Origin: Desulfobulbus propionicus DSM 2032 | Lineage (GTDB): Bacteria > Desulfobacterota > Desulfobulbia > Desulfobulbales > Desulfobulbaceae | Direction: 5' to 3' | Assembly (NCBI RefSeq): GCF_000186885.1 | Contig: NC_014972.1 | Location: 2,490,001 to 2,522,000 of the forward strand | Length of the DNA: 32,000 nt | Shown: piece by piece, positions 17,396 through 25,973 of the stretch | Layout: each line of letters begins with the position of its first letter | Numbering within the stretch: position 1 is the first letter of the stretch | Notes under the pieces: model-generated | What the model saw: only the letters and a program-made list of their open reading frames with translations | What the model was told of the DNA's origin: nothing | The model's database searches: none | Made by a program: the position numbers and the translations under genes

Positions 17396-18601
17396 ATGCC
17401 CATCTACGTCTGGAAAGGAAAAAACAGCTTTGGCGAAAAGCGCAAAGGCGAAATCGAAGCGCTCGATGAAGCCGGCGCTCGCGCGCAGCTCAGGCGGTTG
17501 CGCATTGACAATCCGACGGTCAAGGAAAAGCCCAAAGATATTTTTGAGAACATAGATTTTTTCAAACCCAAGGTAACGGGCAAGGACATTGTCATTTTCA
17601 CTCGGCAGTTGTCGACCATGATCGATGCCGGCCTGCCACTGGTCCAATGCCTTCAGATACTTGGCAAACAGCAGAGCAACGCCACGTTCAAGAAGGTATT
17701 GCTTTCCATTCAAAACGACGTTGAAACAGGAACCACTCTCGCCGACTCCATGCGCAAGCACCCAAAGGTGTTTGACAACCTCTACAGCAACATGATTGAA
17801 GCCGGTGAACTAGGAGGTATCCTGGATACAATCCTCTCGCGGTTGGCCAGTTTCAAGGAAAAAGCCATGGCTCTGCAGAAAAAGATCAAGGGTGCCATGA
17901 CCTACCCTGTTATCTGTCTGGCCATTTCCATTCTCATCCTGATCGTCATCCTGGTGTTTGTCATTCCCGTTTTTGTCGAAATGTTTGCCAGCATGGATTC
18001 CGCCTTGCCGGCAGTCACCCAACTGGTCGTTGACATGAGTGATTTTGTCAAAGGGAATATCATTTATATTCTGATGTTCGGCATCTTGTTATTCTACGGG
18101 ATTAAAAAAATCTACAACACGGAAAAAGGGCGGCTCAAAATCGATGCGTTCATCCTCAAAGCCCCGGTCATAGGGCAACTCACCAGAAAAGTAGCGGTAT
18201 CAAAATTCACCCGAACCTTGAGCACTATGCTGCAAAGCGGTGTGCCCATATTGGACGCCCTTCAAGTCGTTGCCCGGACCTCGGGCAACAAAATTGTCGA
18301 GCGGGCGGTTCTACGGGTATCTGAAAGCATTGCCGAGGGCCGGCCGATTGCCGAACCCCTGGAGGAGTCGGGTGTTTTTCCGAACATGGTTGTCCAGATG
18401 ATTAATGTTGGTGAATCGGTGGGCGCACTTGACACCATGCTGGAAAAAATAGCCGATTTCTATGATGAAGAAGTGGATCAGGCCGTCGAAAACCTGACAG
18501 CAATGATCGAACCCTTCATGATGGTTTTTCTTGGTGGCATGATCGGTGGACTTGTAGTAGCAATGTACCTACCCATTTTCCAAATGGCGGGCAAAATTTA
18601 A
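17396..18601 (+). CDS. pilC: type IV pilus assembly platform protein PilC (GspF family)
   Basis: 401 aa with two GspF repeats and three TM segments. The N-terminus MPIYVWKGKNSFGEKRKGEIEA is typical of PilC. The RBS is GGAG. Confidence 0.88.
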   Translation: MPIYVWKGKNSFGEKRKGEIEALDEAGARAQLRRLRIDNPTVKEKPKDIFENIDFFKPKVTGKDIVIFTRQLSTMIDAGLPLVQCLQILGKQQSNATFKKVLLSIQNDVETGTTLADSMRKHPKVFDNLYSNMIEAGELGGILDTILSRLASFKEKAMALQKKIKGAMTYPVICLAISILILIVILVFVIPVFVEMFASMDSALPAVTQLVVDMSDFVKGNIIYILMFGILLFYGIKKIYNTEKGRLKIDAFILKAPVIGQLTRKVAVSKFTRTLSTMLQSGVPILDALQVVARTSGNKIVERAVLRVSESIAEGRPIAEPLEESGVFPNMVVQMINVGESVGALDTMLEKIADFYDEEVDQAVENLTAMIEPFMMVFLGGMIGGLVVAMYLPIFQMAGKI

Positions 18602-18629
18602 ACTTCGTCTTACTAATTGCAGGAGATAG

Positions 18630-19928
<1,299 letters not shown>

Positions 19929-19933
19929 ACCGG

Positions 19934-19963
19934 TTGACAGCTTGCCGCTTCTATTCCTATGAT
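19934..19963 (+). promoter_or_regulatory. sigma-70-type promoter candidate for ihfA
   Basis: TTGACA (19934-19939), an 18-nt spacer, then TATGAT (19958-19963). It starts immediately after the eno stop and ~55 nt upstream of the ihfA ATG. Confidence 0.5.
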
Positions 19964-20017
19964 AGGAAAAATTGGTTGAATTGATTTTTTCTGTGTGTTC
20001 CATCAAGGAGGTACAAA

Positions 20018-20305
20018 ATGACGCTGACCAAAGCTGATTTAGTCCAGCAGGTCTACAAGACCCATCCCAATTTGACCAAATCACAATCCACGGAGTCCGT
20101 CGAAACCTTTTTAGCGCTCTCCAAATCCTCGTTGATCACCGGCGAGGACTTGTTGCTGAGCGGATTCGGCAAATTCAACATCAAAGATAAAAAGTCCCGG
20201 AGGGGTCGAAACCCGCAAACAGGAAACGAGTTGACCCTTGACGCCCGACGCGTGGTAACGTTTAAACCATCGGGCATTCTGCGATCCAGAATCAACAGTG
20301 ATTAA
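20018..20305 (+). CDS. ihfA: integration host factor alpha subunit (HU/IHF family)
   Basis: 95 aa. MTLTKADL...LSGFGKFNIKDKKSRRGRNPQTGNELTLDARRVVTFKPSGILRSRIN is collinear with E. coli IhfA (MALTKAEM...[30 protein letters not shown]). The RBS is AAGGAGG. Confidence 0.8.
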   Translation: MTLTKADLVQQVYKTHPNLTKSQSTESVETFLALSKSSLITGEDLLLSGFGKFNIKDKKSRRGRNPQTGNELTLDARRVVTFKPSGILRSRINSD

Positions 20306-20348
20306 CCCTGTGTAATAATCGAACAAAGAACCCTTACCAGGCTATATC

Positions 20349-20378
20349 AGGGCGCCTTCCCATTGGCGCCCTTTTTTA
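20349..20378 (+). terminator. rho-independent terminator after ihfA
   Basis: AGGGCGCC (20349-20356) pairs with GGCGCCCT (20365-20372) and is followed by TTTTTAT. Confidence 0.75.
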
Positions 20379-20408
20379 TTGCCTGGCAGTCACCCGTAGC
20401 AAAGAACA

Positions 20409-21362
20409 ATGGATACGAACCTTCCGGCGACATTCGACTTCACCTTCACACTCCTTGGCACGTCGCAACTCGACTTTCCCGATCACTTCATCGATTTTCT
20501 GTATCACGAATGCACGGATGCGTTGATCGTTGAGAGCTTGCAAAAAGTTGGCCTGACGCAACCATTGCCTGTCCGGCAGATTGCACCTTCACGCTATCAA
20601 CTCCTGGCCGGTTATCCCTATCTGCCAGCGATCAGGGATCTAGGGATCGATGAGGTTTATTGCCAACTCGTTTCCCCTGCCACCCCATTGTTCAATATCA
20701 CGTACCTGCAAATCGTTCATAGCTTGTCAACGGTCCGCAACAGTCCGGTCTTGCAAGCCCATCTTTTGCAAGAAGCGCAGCAAATCCTTGCCGACCATGA
20801 AGTAATGAAATTGTTGTCGGCCATGGGACACAAACCTCAACGGTACAAGCTGCAAGAACTTCTTGGTGTGCTACAATTAGAATCATTGGTCGTATTTGCC
20901 CTGCATAATGGGACCCTATCCTTAAAAGTTGGCAAACAATTCGCTCGTCTTTCCGAAGGAGATCAACGTTATCTGATGAAATTGATCGATACTTATCGCC
21001 CAGGAGGCTCAAAGCAGCAGAAACTGGTAGAGATGATAATCGAGATCTCTTTGCGAGAGGGCAAGTCCGTGAGTGATCTTGCAGAGGAATGGTTCAGGAC
21101 AGAAAAGGAGATCGATCAAGACAATATCCCGCAACAGCTGCAACAGCTTTTACGCTACCTGGACCACCGCTCTTCACCGGGAAAAAATGCGGCAGAAAAA
21201 AAATTCAGGCAGCTCATTCAAGAGCTGCAACCACCTGACCGAATAACGATTGAACACTGCCTTTCTTTTGAAGACGAAAGCCTGGAAGTTCGTCTGCAAT
21301 TTCCCGACAGCGACTCTCTGCGGCGGCAGTGGCCGGCTATCATCAATTGCACCACCCCTTGA
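20409..21362 (+). CDS. hypothetical protein with a divergent ParB-like N-terminal domain and ParB-like HTH region
   Basis: 317 aa. ESLQKVGLTQPLPVRQIAPSRYQLLAGYPYLPAIRDLGIDEVYCQLV follows the ParB N-domain pattern (..G..qPi.Vr....y.liaGeRR.rA....G...v...v). LLGVLQLESLVVFALHNGTLSLKVGKQFARL resembles the ParB HTH/linker. The match was made by eye only. Confidence 0.4.
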   Translation: MDTNLPATFDFTFTLLGTSQLDFPDHFIDFLYHECTDALIVESLQKVGLTQPLPVRQIAPSRYQLLAGYPYLPAIRDLGIDEVYCQLVSPATPLFNITYLQIVHSLSTVRNSPVLQAHLLQEAQQILADHEVMKLLSAMGHKPQRYKLQELLGVLQLESLVVFALHNGTLSLKVGKQFARLSEGDQRYLMKLIDTYRPGGSKQQKLVEMIIEISLREGKSVSDLAEEWFRTEKEIDQDNIPQQLQQLLRYLDHRSSPGKNAAEKKFRQLIQELQPPDRITIEHCLSFEDESLEVRLQFPDSDSLRRQWPAIINCTTP

Positions 21363-21452
21363 CACCCGTTCATCAACAGGGGCATGCAACGTCCGCCTGT
21401 GACCGCCGGTAACGCGTCGAACAGCAGGATTTCTCCACGGATTCGAAAGGTC

Positions 21453-21499
21453 AAAAAAAAGCCGAGAAAACCAGTTATCGCCCTGGTTTCCATCGGCTT
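21453..21499 (-). terminator. rho-independent terminator ending NrfD-like/MerR-like operon copy 1
   Basis: On the minus strand, AAGCCGA..AAACCAG pairs with CTGGTTT..TCGGCTT as an interrupted stem, followed by T8. On the plus strand this is A8 at 21453-21460. It lies 26 nt downstream of the MerR-like stop. Confidence 0.7.
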
Positions 21500-21524
21500 G
21501 GCTGGAACCTCTTCGACAGGATCA

Positions 21525-21944
21525 TCAAGCCGCCTTCGAATCGGCCTTCTGCACTTTTTTGATTTTCTGCTTGTCGATTTTCTTGGGGACCAGGGCATTG
21601 GCCATGAACGCTGTGCACTGTTTGCGTTTTTCAAAAGGACAATCGGTGATATTCCAGCAAGGTGTGTACTGGAGCAACTTTTTCACGGCGGCAATGGATA
21701 CACCATGTTCGTGGATCATCTCCCGCAGACACTCGATCCATTTGATATCGTTCATGGTGTAGTACCGCCACTTCCCCTTGCGCAAGGGAGCAACCAGCCC
21801 CTCTTCCTCATAAATCCGCAAGGTCCGGGGATGCACCCCAAGCATCTGCGCCGCTACCCCGATGGTAAATATCGCTTTTTGTTCATCAACCATTTCAACC
21901 CTCGCAATGGTAAATTCATGACCGTTCCCCAAGGGAACGGTCAT
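21525..21944 (-). CDS. MerR/HspR-type HTH regulator with a conserved four-Cys cluster (copy 1)
   Basis: The HTH is FTIGVAAQMLGVHPRTLRIYEEEGLV, with wing and alpha3-4 NDIKWIECLREMIHEHGVSIAAVKKLL. This is followed by PCWNITDCPFEKRKQCTA and a Lys-rich tail. The Cys are at 72/96/102/110. An alternative start at 21893 is preceded by GAGGG. By eye it is about half identical to the 28573..29016 product across the core. Confidence 0.8.
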   Translation of the reverse strand: MTVPLGNGHEFTIARVEMVDEQKAIFTIGVAAQMLGVHPRTLRIYEEEGLVAPLRKGKWRYYTMNDIKWIECLREMIHEHGVSIAAVKKLLQYTPCWNITDCPFEKRKQCTAFMANALVPKKIDKQKIKKVQKADSKAA

Positions 21945-21965
21945 GAATCGGATCGATTCCCAGGA

Positions 21966-23150
21966 TCAATGCGCCTCGTGCTCGGTGAAACTCTTGCCAA
22001 AGAATCGTTCGCCCTGAAGGAAGGCTATGCCGGTCAAACCGATACCCGCCATGACCACAAGCCACTCATATCCAGATGGTGTGTAGGTAAGATAGGTGGG
22101 TAAATTATCATAACCGGCATATTGAGGCACGATCTGCCCACCAACCACCATGTTGAGCCGGGAGACAAACATGCCAACCAAGGTCATCAACGCCGCGGTC
22201 GACATGGCCGCCACGCTCTTTAAACGGCTGAGAAGAAGCAGAACGACTGGCGCCGCCAGTCCGACTCCGACCTCAAGTGCCCAGAAATTGAATGACAGCG
22301 GACCGATATAAAGAGCATTGGCAGCGATTTTTCCGTCATTGACGCCTCCGACATAGAACGAAGCCATTCTCCAGAAGGTGGAGACAGCAACCAGGATCAG
22401 CATCAGCAGCAATACCTTGCCGGCAGCGTGCACACCTTCAAAAACATGCTGTTCCATCTTGCGGCCACGAATGACATAGGCATAGTGGGTGAAAAGAATG
22501 GCTGCAGCCGCCCCGGATAGAAAGGCGCAGGCGAGGAAATACACCGGCAATTGGGCCCCATACCAAAACGGTCGAGCGGCTAGGGTGGCGAACACCCCAC
22601 CCAAACAGGTGTTGGCCGCAACCTCGGCCAAGGCGCCGAGAATGCCAAGCACCAGGGCCAAGGTGTAATGGCGGGTGAGGATAAGCCAGAACTCAAGAAG
22701 AATGAAACCAAGCGCCAAACCGTACAGCGTGCCCATCCACCAAATGTTGGAAGTGATGTTTGGCGAAATGATATTGTAGATCGCCATGCGCCATGGACTT
22801 TCGATTTCCATGCCGATGACCGTGAACCCGCTGAGGATGGTGATCAAGGAGATCCACACCATTCTGTTGGCCAGGGGAGCCAGTTTGTTGCCGCCGAACA
22901 CATGGCTGATCGCCGCCAACAAACACAATCCCGTGGAGGTGATGGCAAAAAAAGCGTACGTGGAAATCAAAAGCCCCCAGGGAACTTCACGTGTGTTGTT
23001 GAATATATGTTCATGACCAATAAAAAAACCAACTAGGCCGACACCAACGCCGACGATCAAAAGTAACCCGAAAATACCGGATAAGGTTTTTACCAGGGGA
23101 CTCGCCACCTCCGGTTCAGCTGTTGCAGTCAGTGAAAATCCGTTTGCCAT
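21966..23150 (-). CDS. NrfD/PsrC-family polytopic membrane protein (quinone-interacting subunit type), copy 1
   Basis: 394 aa and highly hydrophobic, with roughly 10 TM segments. It carries the NrfD-type signatures REVPWGLLISTYAFFAITSTGLC and EIESPWRMAIYNIISPNITSNIWWMGTLYG. The RBS is AAGGAGG. It is a paralogue of 29102..30295. Confidence 0.85.
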   Translation of the reverse strand: MANGFSLTATAEPEVASPLVKTLSGIFGLLLIVGVGVGLVGFFIGHEHIFNNTREVPWGLLISTYAFFAITSTGLCLLAAISHVFGGNKLAPLANRMVWISLITILSGFTVIGMEIESPWRMAIYNIISPNITSNIWWMGTLYGLALGFILLEFWLILTRHYTLALVLGILGALAEVAANTCLGGVFATLAARPFWYGAQLPVYFLACAFLSGAAAAILFTHYAYVIRGRKMEQHVFEGVHAAGKVLLLMLILVAVSTFWRMASFYVGGVNDGKIAANALYIGPLSFNFWALEVGVGLAAPVVLLLLSRLKSVAAMSTAALMTLVGMFVSRLNMVVGGQIVPQYAGYDNLPTYLTYTPSGYEWLVVMAGIGLTGIAFLQGERFFGKSFTEHEAH

Positions 23151-23197
23151 GGGCCTAACCTCCTTTTGTGCTTGTTCAATAATGACAATGATGCTGA

Positions 23198-23431
23198 TTA
23201 TAACCGCGCTGGCTCAATCATCTTCTCCCTGTTCTCTTCGCTGGCAAGGGACCCGAGGCCAATCAAGACGACGATGGCTGAAAAGGGCCCTAAAAGAAGA
23301 AAAAGAACAAAGGTGAGACAGAACCAGAAAGACTCGACAATTTGCGTGACATGTGCCCGCATCCACAAGGCGAGAGAATGACCGCCATCATTTCCCGACT
23401 GTTTGGTTTGACTGTACGGTAGGATATTCAT
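23198..23431 (-). CDS. small single-TM protein upstream of NrfD-like copy 1
   Basis: 77-aa ORF with AAGGGGGA 5-6 nt before the ATG. The TM segment is FWFCLTFVLFLLLGPFSAIVVLIGLG, followed by the acidic tail SLASEENREK. It lies 47 nt upstream of the NrfD-like start and downstream of the sigma-54 promoter. No homology was recognised. Confidence 0.5.
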   Translation of the reverse strand: MNILPYSQTKQSGNDGGHSLALWMRAHVTQIVESFWFCLTFVLFLLLGPFSAIVVLIGLGSLASEENREKMIEPARL

Positions 23432-23484
23432 TGGTTTCCCCCTTTTCGTTATCTGCCGATGAAGCGTTTCGATGCCTTTGACAA

Positions 23485-23500
23485 CGCAAGGGATATGCCA
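23485..23500 (-). promoter_or_regulatory. sigma-54 (-24/-12) promoter
   Basis: The minus strand reads TGGCATATCCCTTGCG. This matches TGGCAY-N5-TTGC with the exact GG-N10-GC spacing. The GC lies 55 nt upstream of the ATG at 23431. Confidence 0.65.
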
Positions 23501-24091
23501 CCTGGATATGCGAGCGCCTTCTTTTCACGAAAGAATGACATAACGACTTGAAGTTACGTTTGTTTTACAATCTACAACAATTTGTTTTTAAGTTTTCAGT
23601 CCATCTACGATTGTCAATATTTTACTGGTACACGATCAAAATTAGCCCACATGCCACACTACGATTGATCAAAATACGCCTGATCTTTTCCGTGACACCA
23701 AGGGGACGCATGCATACTCCCAGGAAAAAAACGTCAATAATTTCAAACGATATCGTCCAGCAAGGCCAAAACTACCAACCCATGCCTTTCTTTACCGCTT
23801 CCGATAACAAAAGAACGGCTTCAAAAAAATATCTATAAATTCAATGTATTATAAAAAGCCAGCCACACGAGCGGCGCATTTCAAGTCCATCCAGACAAGA
23901 AACCACGCAACGACAGGGGACCGCTTCAAGGGAACGGTAGAGGGGTACCGTCATCGATACTCCACGAACCAATGAGTTAATCAAACAGGAAGGGAGGGGG
24001 GAGAGAGTGACAAGCCATGCTAGGTGTCGCGGAAAGAGTTGGAACCGCTATTGTCAGGAAAGTTGTCAATAGCGGTGGAGAGCTGAAAGGG

Positions 24092-24116
24092 CGGGACGGG
24101 CAGGACACCCGTCCCG
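24092..24116 (-). terminator. terminator-like GC hairpin after the cytochrome gene
   Basis: CGGGACGGG (24092-24100) pairs with CCCGTCCCG (24108-24116). It lies 18 nt downstream of the stop at 24134 and is followed on the minus strand by CCCTTTC. A second 10-bp inverted repeat, ACCGCTATTG/CAATAGCGGT, sits at 24044-24076. Confidence 0.5.
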
Positions 24117-24133
24117 ATATGCTGAGCGGACGA

Positions 24134-24853
24134 TCAGTGTTCTTTTTTCCCGTGGTCCTTGCCTTCGACTTGGGCCGCGCCGGCAAATTTGCGCTCGAAT
24201 CCCTTTACGCCAATGTGACAGGTGGTACAACGGGTGTTGGAGGCAAAGGCGTCGGTGCCGTTATGGCAGACACCACAGTATTTGCCCGCATAGAGCGCCT
24301 CCATGGTAAATTTTTCTGGATGTTCTTCGGCTGCACCTTTGCGCATTTCAAAGGCCTTATCATGGCAGCTGGCACAGTCAAGCCCCATGTCAACATGCCC
24401 CTTGTGCTCGAATATGACCGATTTCACGGGAACATTAAACACAATGGTCTCCGGCTGCTTCATATCGCTACCATGGCAGACCTTGCAGGTTTCTGGTCCG
24501 GTGGTGTTGAACGCCATTTTGCCATCATGGCAGGCACCGCAGTATTTGCCGGCATCCAGGGAAGCCATGTTATAATCGCCCTTGGCCTTGGTTGATCCGC
24601 GTTTGCGCTCAAAGAGATCGGGGTGACAGCTGTCACAACTCAAGCCAGCGGTCACCACATGGGATTTGTGGCTGAACATCTCCTTGACCGGTTCCACAGC
24701 GATCACCTGGGTTTGGCCATAGGATTCAAATTGCTTGTCCTGGGCGGGCGGCTGTGCTGCGGTCGGGGCAGTTGCCTGAATATCGGCGGTGCACAATACC
24801 CCTGCGGCGACAAGAAGACCAAGGGCTGCGAGTATTTTCGTTTTTGTGTTCAT
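24134..24853 (-). CDS. periplasmic hexahaem cytochrome c (two tandem c7/c3-like trihaem domains)
   Basis: It has a signal peptide, MNTKTKILAALGLLVAAGVLCTA. There are six CxxCH motifs: CDSCH, CGACH, CKVCH, CASCH, CGVCH and CTTCH. They fall into two repeats of the pattern F.HK.H.....L.C..CH...F........GKYCG.CH.G..AF....C..CH. Confidence 0.9.
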   Translation of the reverse strand: MNTKTKILAALGLLVAAGVLCTADIQATAPTAAQPPAQDKQFESYGQTQVIAVEPVKEMFSHKSHVVTAGLSCDSCHPDLFERKRGSTKAKGDYNMASLDAGKYCGACHDGKMAFNTTGPETCKVCHGSDMKQPETIVFNVPVKSVIFEHKGHVDMGLDCASCHDKAFEMRKGAAEEHPEKFTMEALYAGKYCGVCHNGTDAFASNTRCTTCHIGVKGFERKFAGAAQVEGKDHGKKEH

Positions 24854-24874
24854 AGTCCCCTCTCCTTCCGCTGT

Positions 24875-25630
24875 TTAGGCATTCATATAAAAGACATTGG
24901 GCAAGGCGCCGGTTTCCGGCCGCAGGACCCAGACCGTTGTTTCCGGCCGATGCACCAGTTTATAGACCTCGCTGTTTGGATCGCTGAGATCGCCGAACAC
25001 CCGGACCTTAGCCGGACAGGCTTCCACGCAGGCTGTGTCTTTTTTCCCTTTGGACAAGCGGGTGTCATAGCAGAAATTGCATTTATCGACCGCGCGAATT
25101 TCTTCATTGAAGTACCGTGCATTATAGGGACAAGCGGCCATACAGGTCTTGCAGCCGATGCATTTCTTGCTATCCATGACCACGATACCGGTGGTTTTAT
25201 CCTTGTAGGTGGCCACGGTGGGGCAAACGCGGACACAGGGCGGCTCGTTGCACTGGTTGCAGAGCACGGGCATGAATATTGTCTCTTTTTCTTTGGGTCC
25301 GATCTCCCGGACTCTTTCCAGGATCATGGTCCGCCAACCATAGGGAGGCACATGGTTGGTTTGGACACAGGCCTCCATGCAGCGTTCGCAATCGACGCAG
25401 AGATTCTGGCGCATGACCATGCTGTAATGAGGGCTGTAGGGGTATTTCTCGGTCTTTGGCGGAGCGCCCACAGCACTTTCGGCGTTGCGAACGCTGGTCA
25501 GCGACAGTATCGTCCCCCCCATGAACAATCCGGTAATGGCGAGTCCGGCGCGCAAAAAGGTTCGGCGCTCAAGTGAAGGCAGGTGTTCCACACCTTCATT
25601 GTTTAATTTTTCCAGCTCATTAATGTTCAT
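24875..25630 (-). CDS. Tat-exported 4x[4Fe-4S] ferredoxin-type subunit (NrfC/PsrB/HybA/HmcB family)
   Basis: The twin-arginine signal is SLERRTFLRAGLAITGLFMGG. There are four cluster motifs: CVDCERCMEAC, CNQCNEPPCVRVCP, CIGCKTCMAACP and CNFC...CVEACP. Confidence 0.9.
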   Translation of the reverse strand: MNINELEKLNNEGVEHLPSLERRTFLRAGLAITGLFMGGTILSLTSVRNAESAVGAPPKTEKYPYSPHYSMVMRQNLCVDCERCMEACVQTNHVPPYGWRTMILERVREIGPKEKETIFMPVLCNQCNEPPCVRVCPTVATYKDKTTGIVVMDSKKCIGCKTCMAACPYNARYFNEEIRAVDKCNFCYDTRLSKGKKDTACVEACPAKVRVFGDLSDPNSEVYKLVHRPETTVWVLRPETGALPNVFYMNA

Positions 25631-25973
25631 TCCATACCCTCAAGATAAAAAGTAACGAAGACGACATCGGCACCTTGTGCTACAATGTGTTGTTATGGCC
25701 CGAAAAAAAAAGCCCTAGAATGAATAGCCACTCATTAATTAAAAAATGCAACGAGGGAACATAACCCAAAACCAAGAGAAGAGCAAGTTTTCAAATATAT
25801 GCTATAGTAAGGCAACTTCGCACAGCCAATTTTCACTCCTGGCACCCGTTGCGGCGGAGTGCCGCTGATGCAATCGAAATCAGTGTTTCGTTTCTCGCAC
25901 GGCTGAATCTTTTTATCCCGGAATGTGAACTGTTGACCGGTTCGCGCTTCCCTCCACCAAGCGGCGGCTGACC

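Noticed and set aside
23548-23838. A 96-aa ORF (+) in the AT-rich gap between the cytochrome gene and module 1
   Set aside because: It has a TTG start, no RBS and a low-complexity Ile/Phe/Lys-rich product driven by AT content. It overlaps the repeats and enhancer-like region upstream of the sigma-54 promoter.
25838-25856. TGGCACCCGTTGCGG upstream of the bEBP gene, which resembles a sigma-54 promoter
   Set aside because: The GG to GC spacing is 8 nt (or 11 nt to the next GC), not 10, so it does not fit a functional -24/-12 element.
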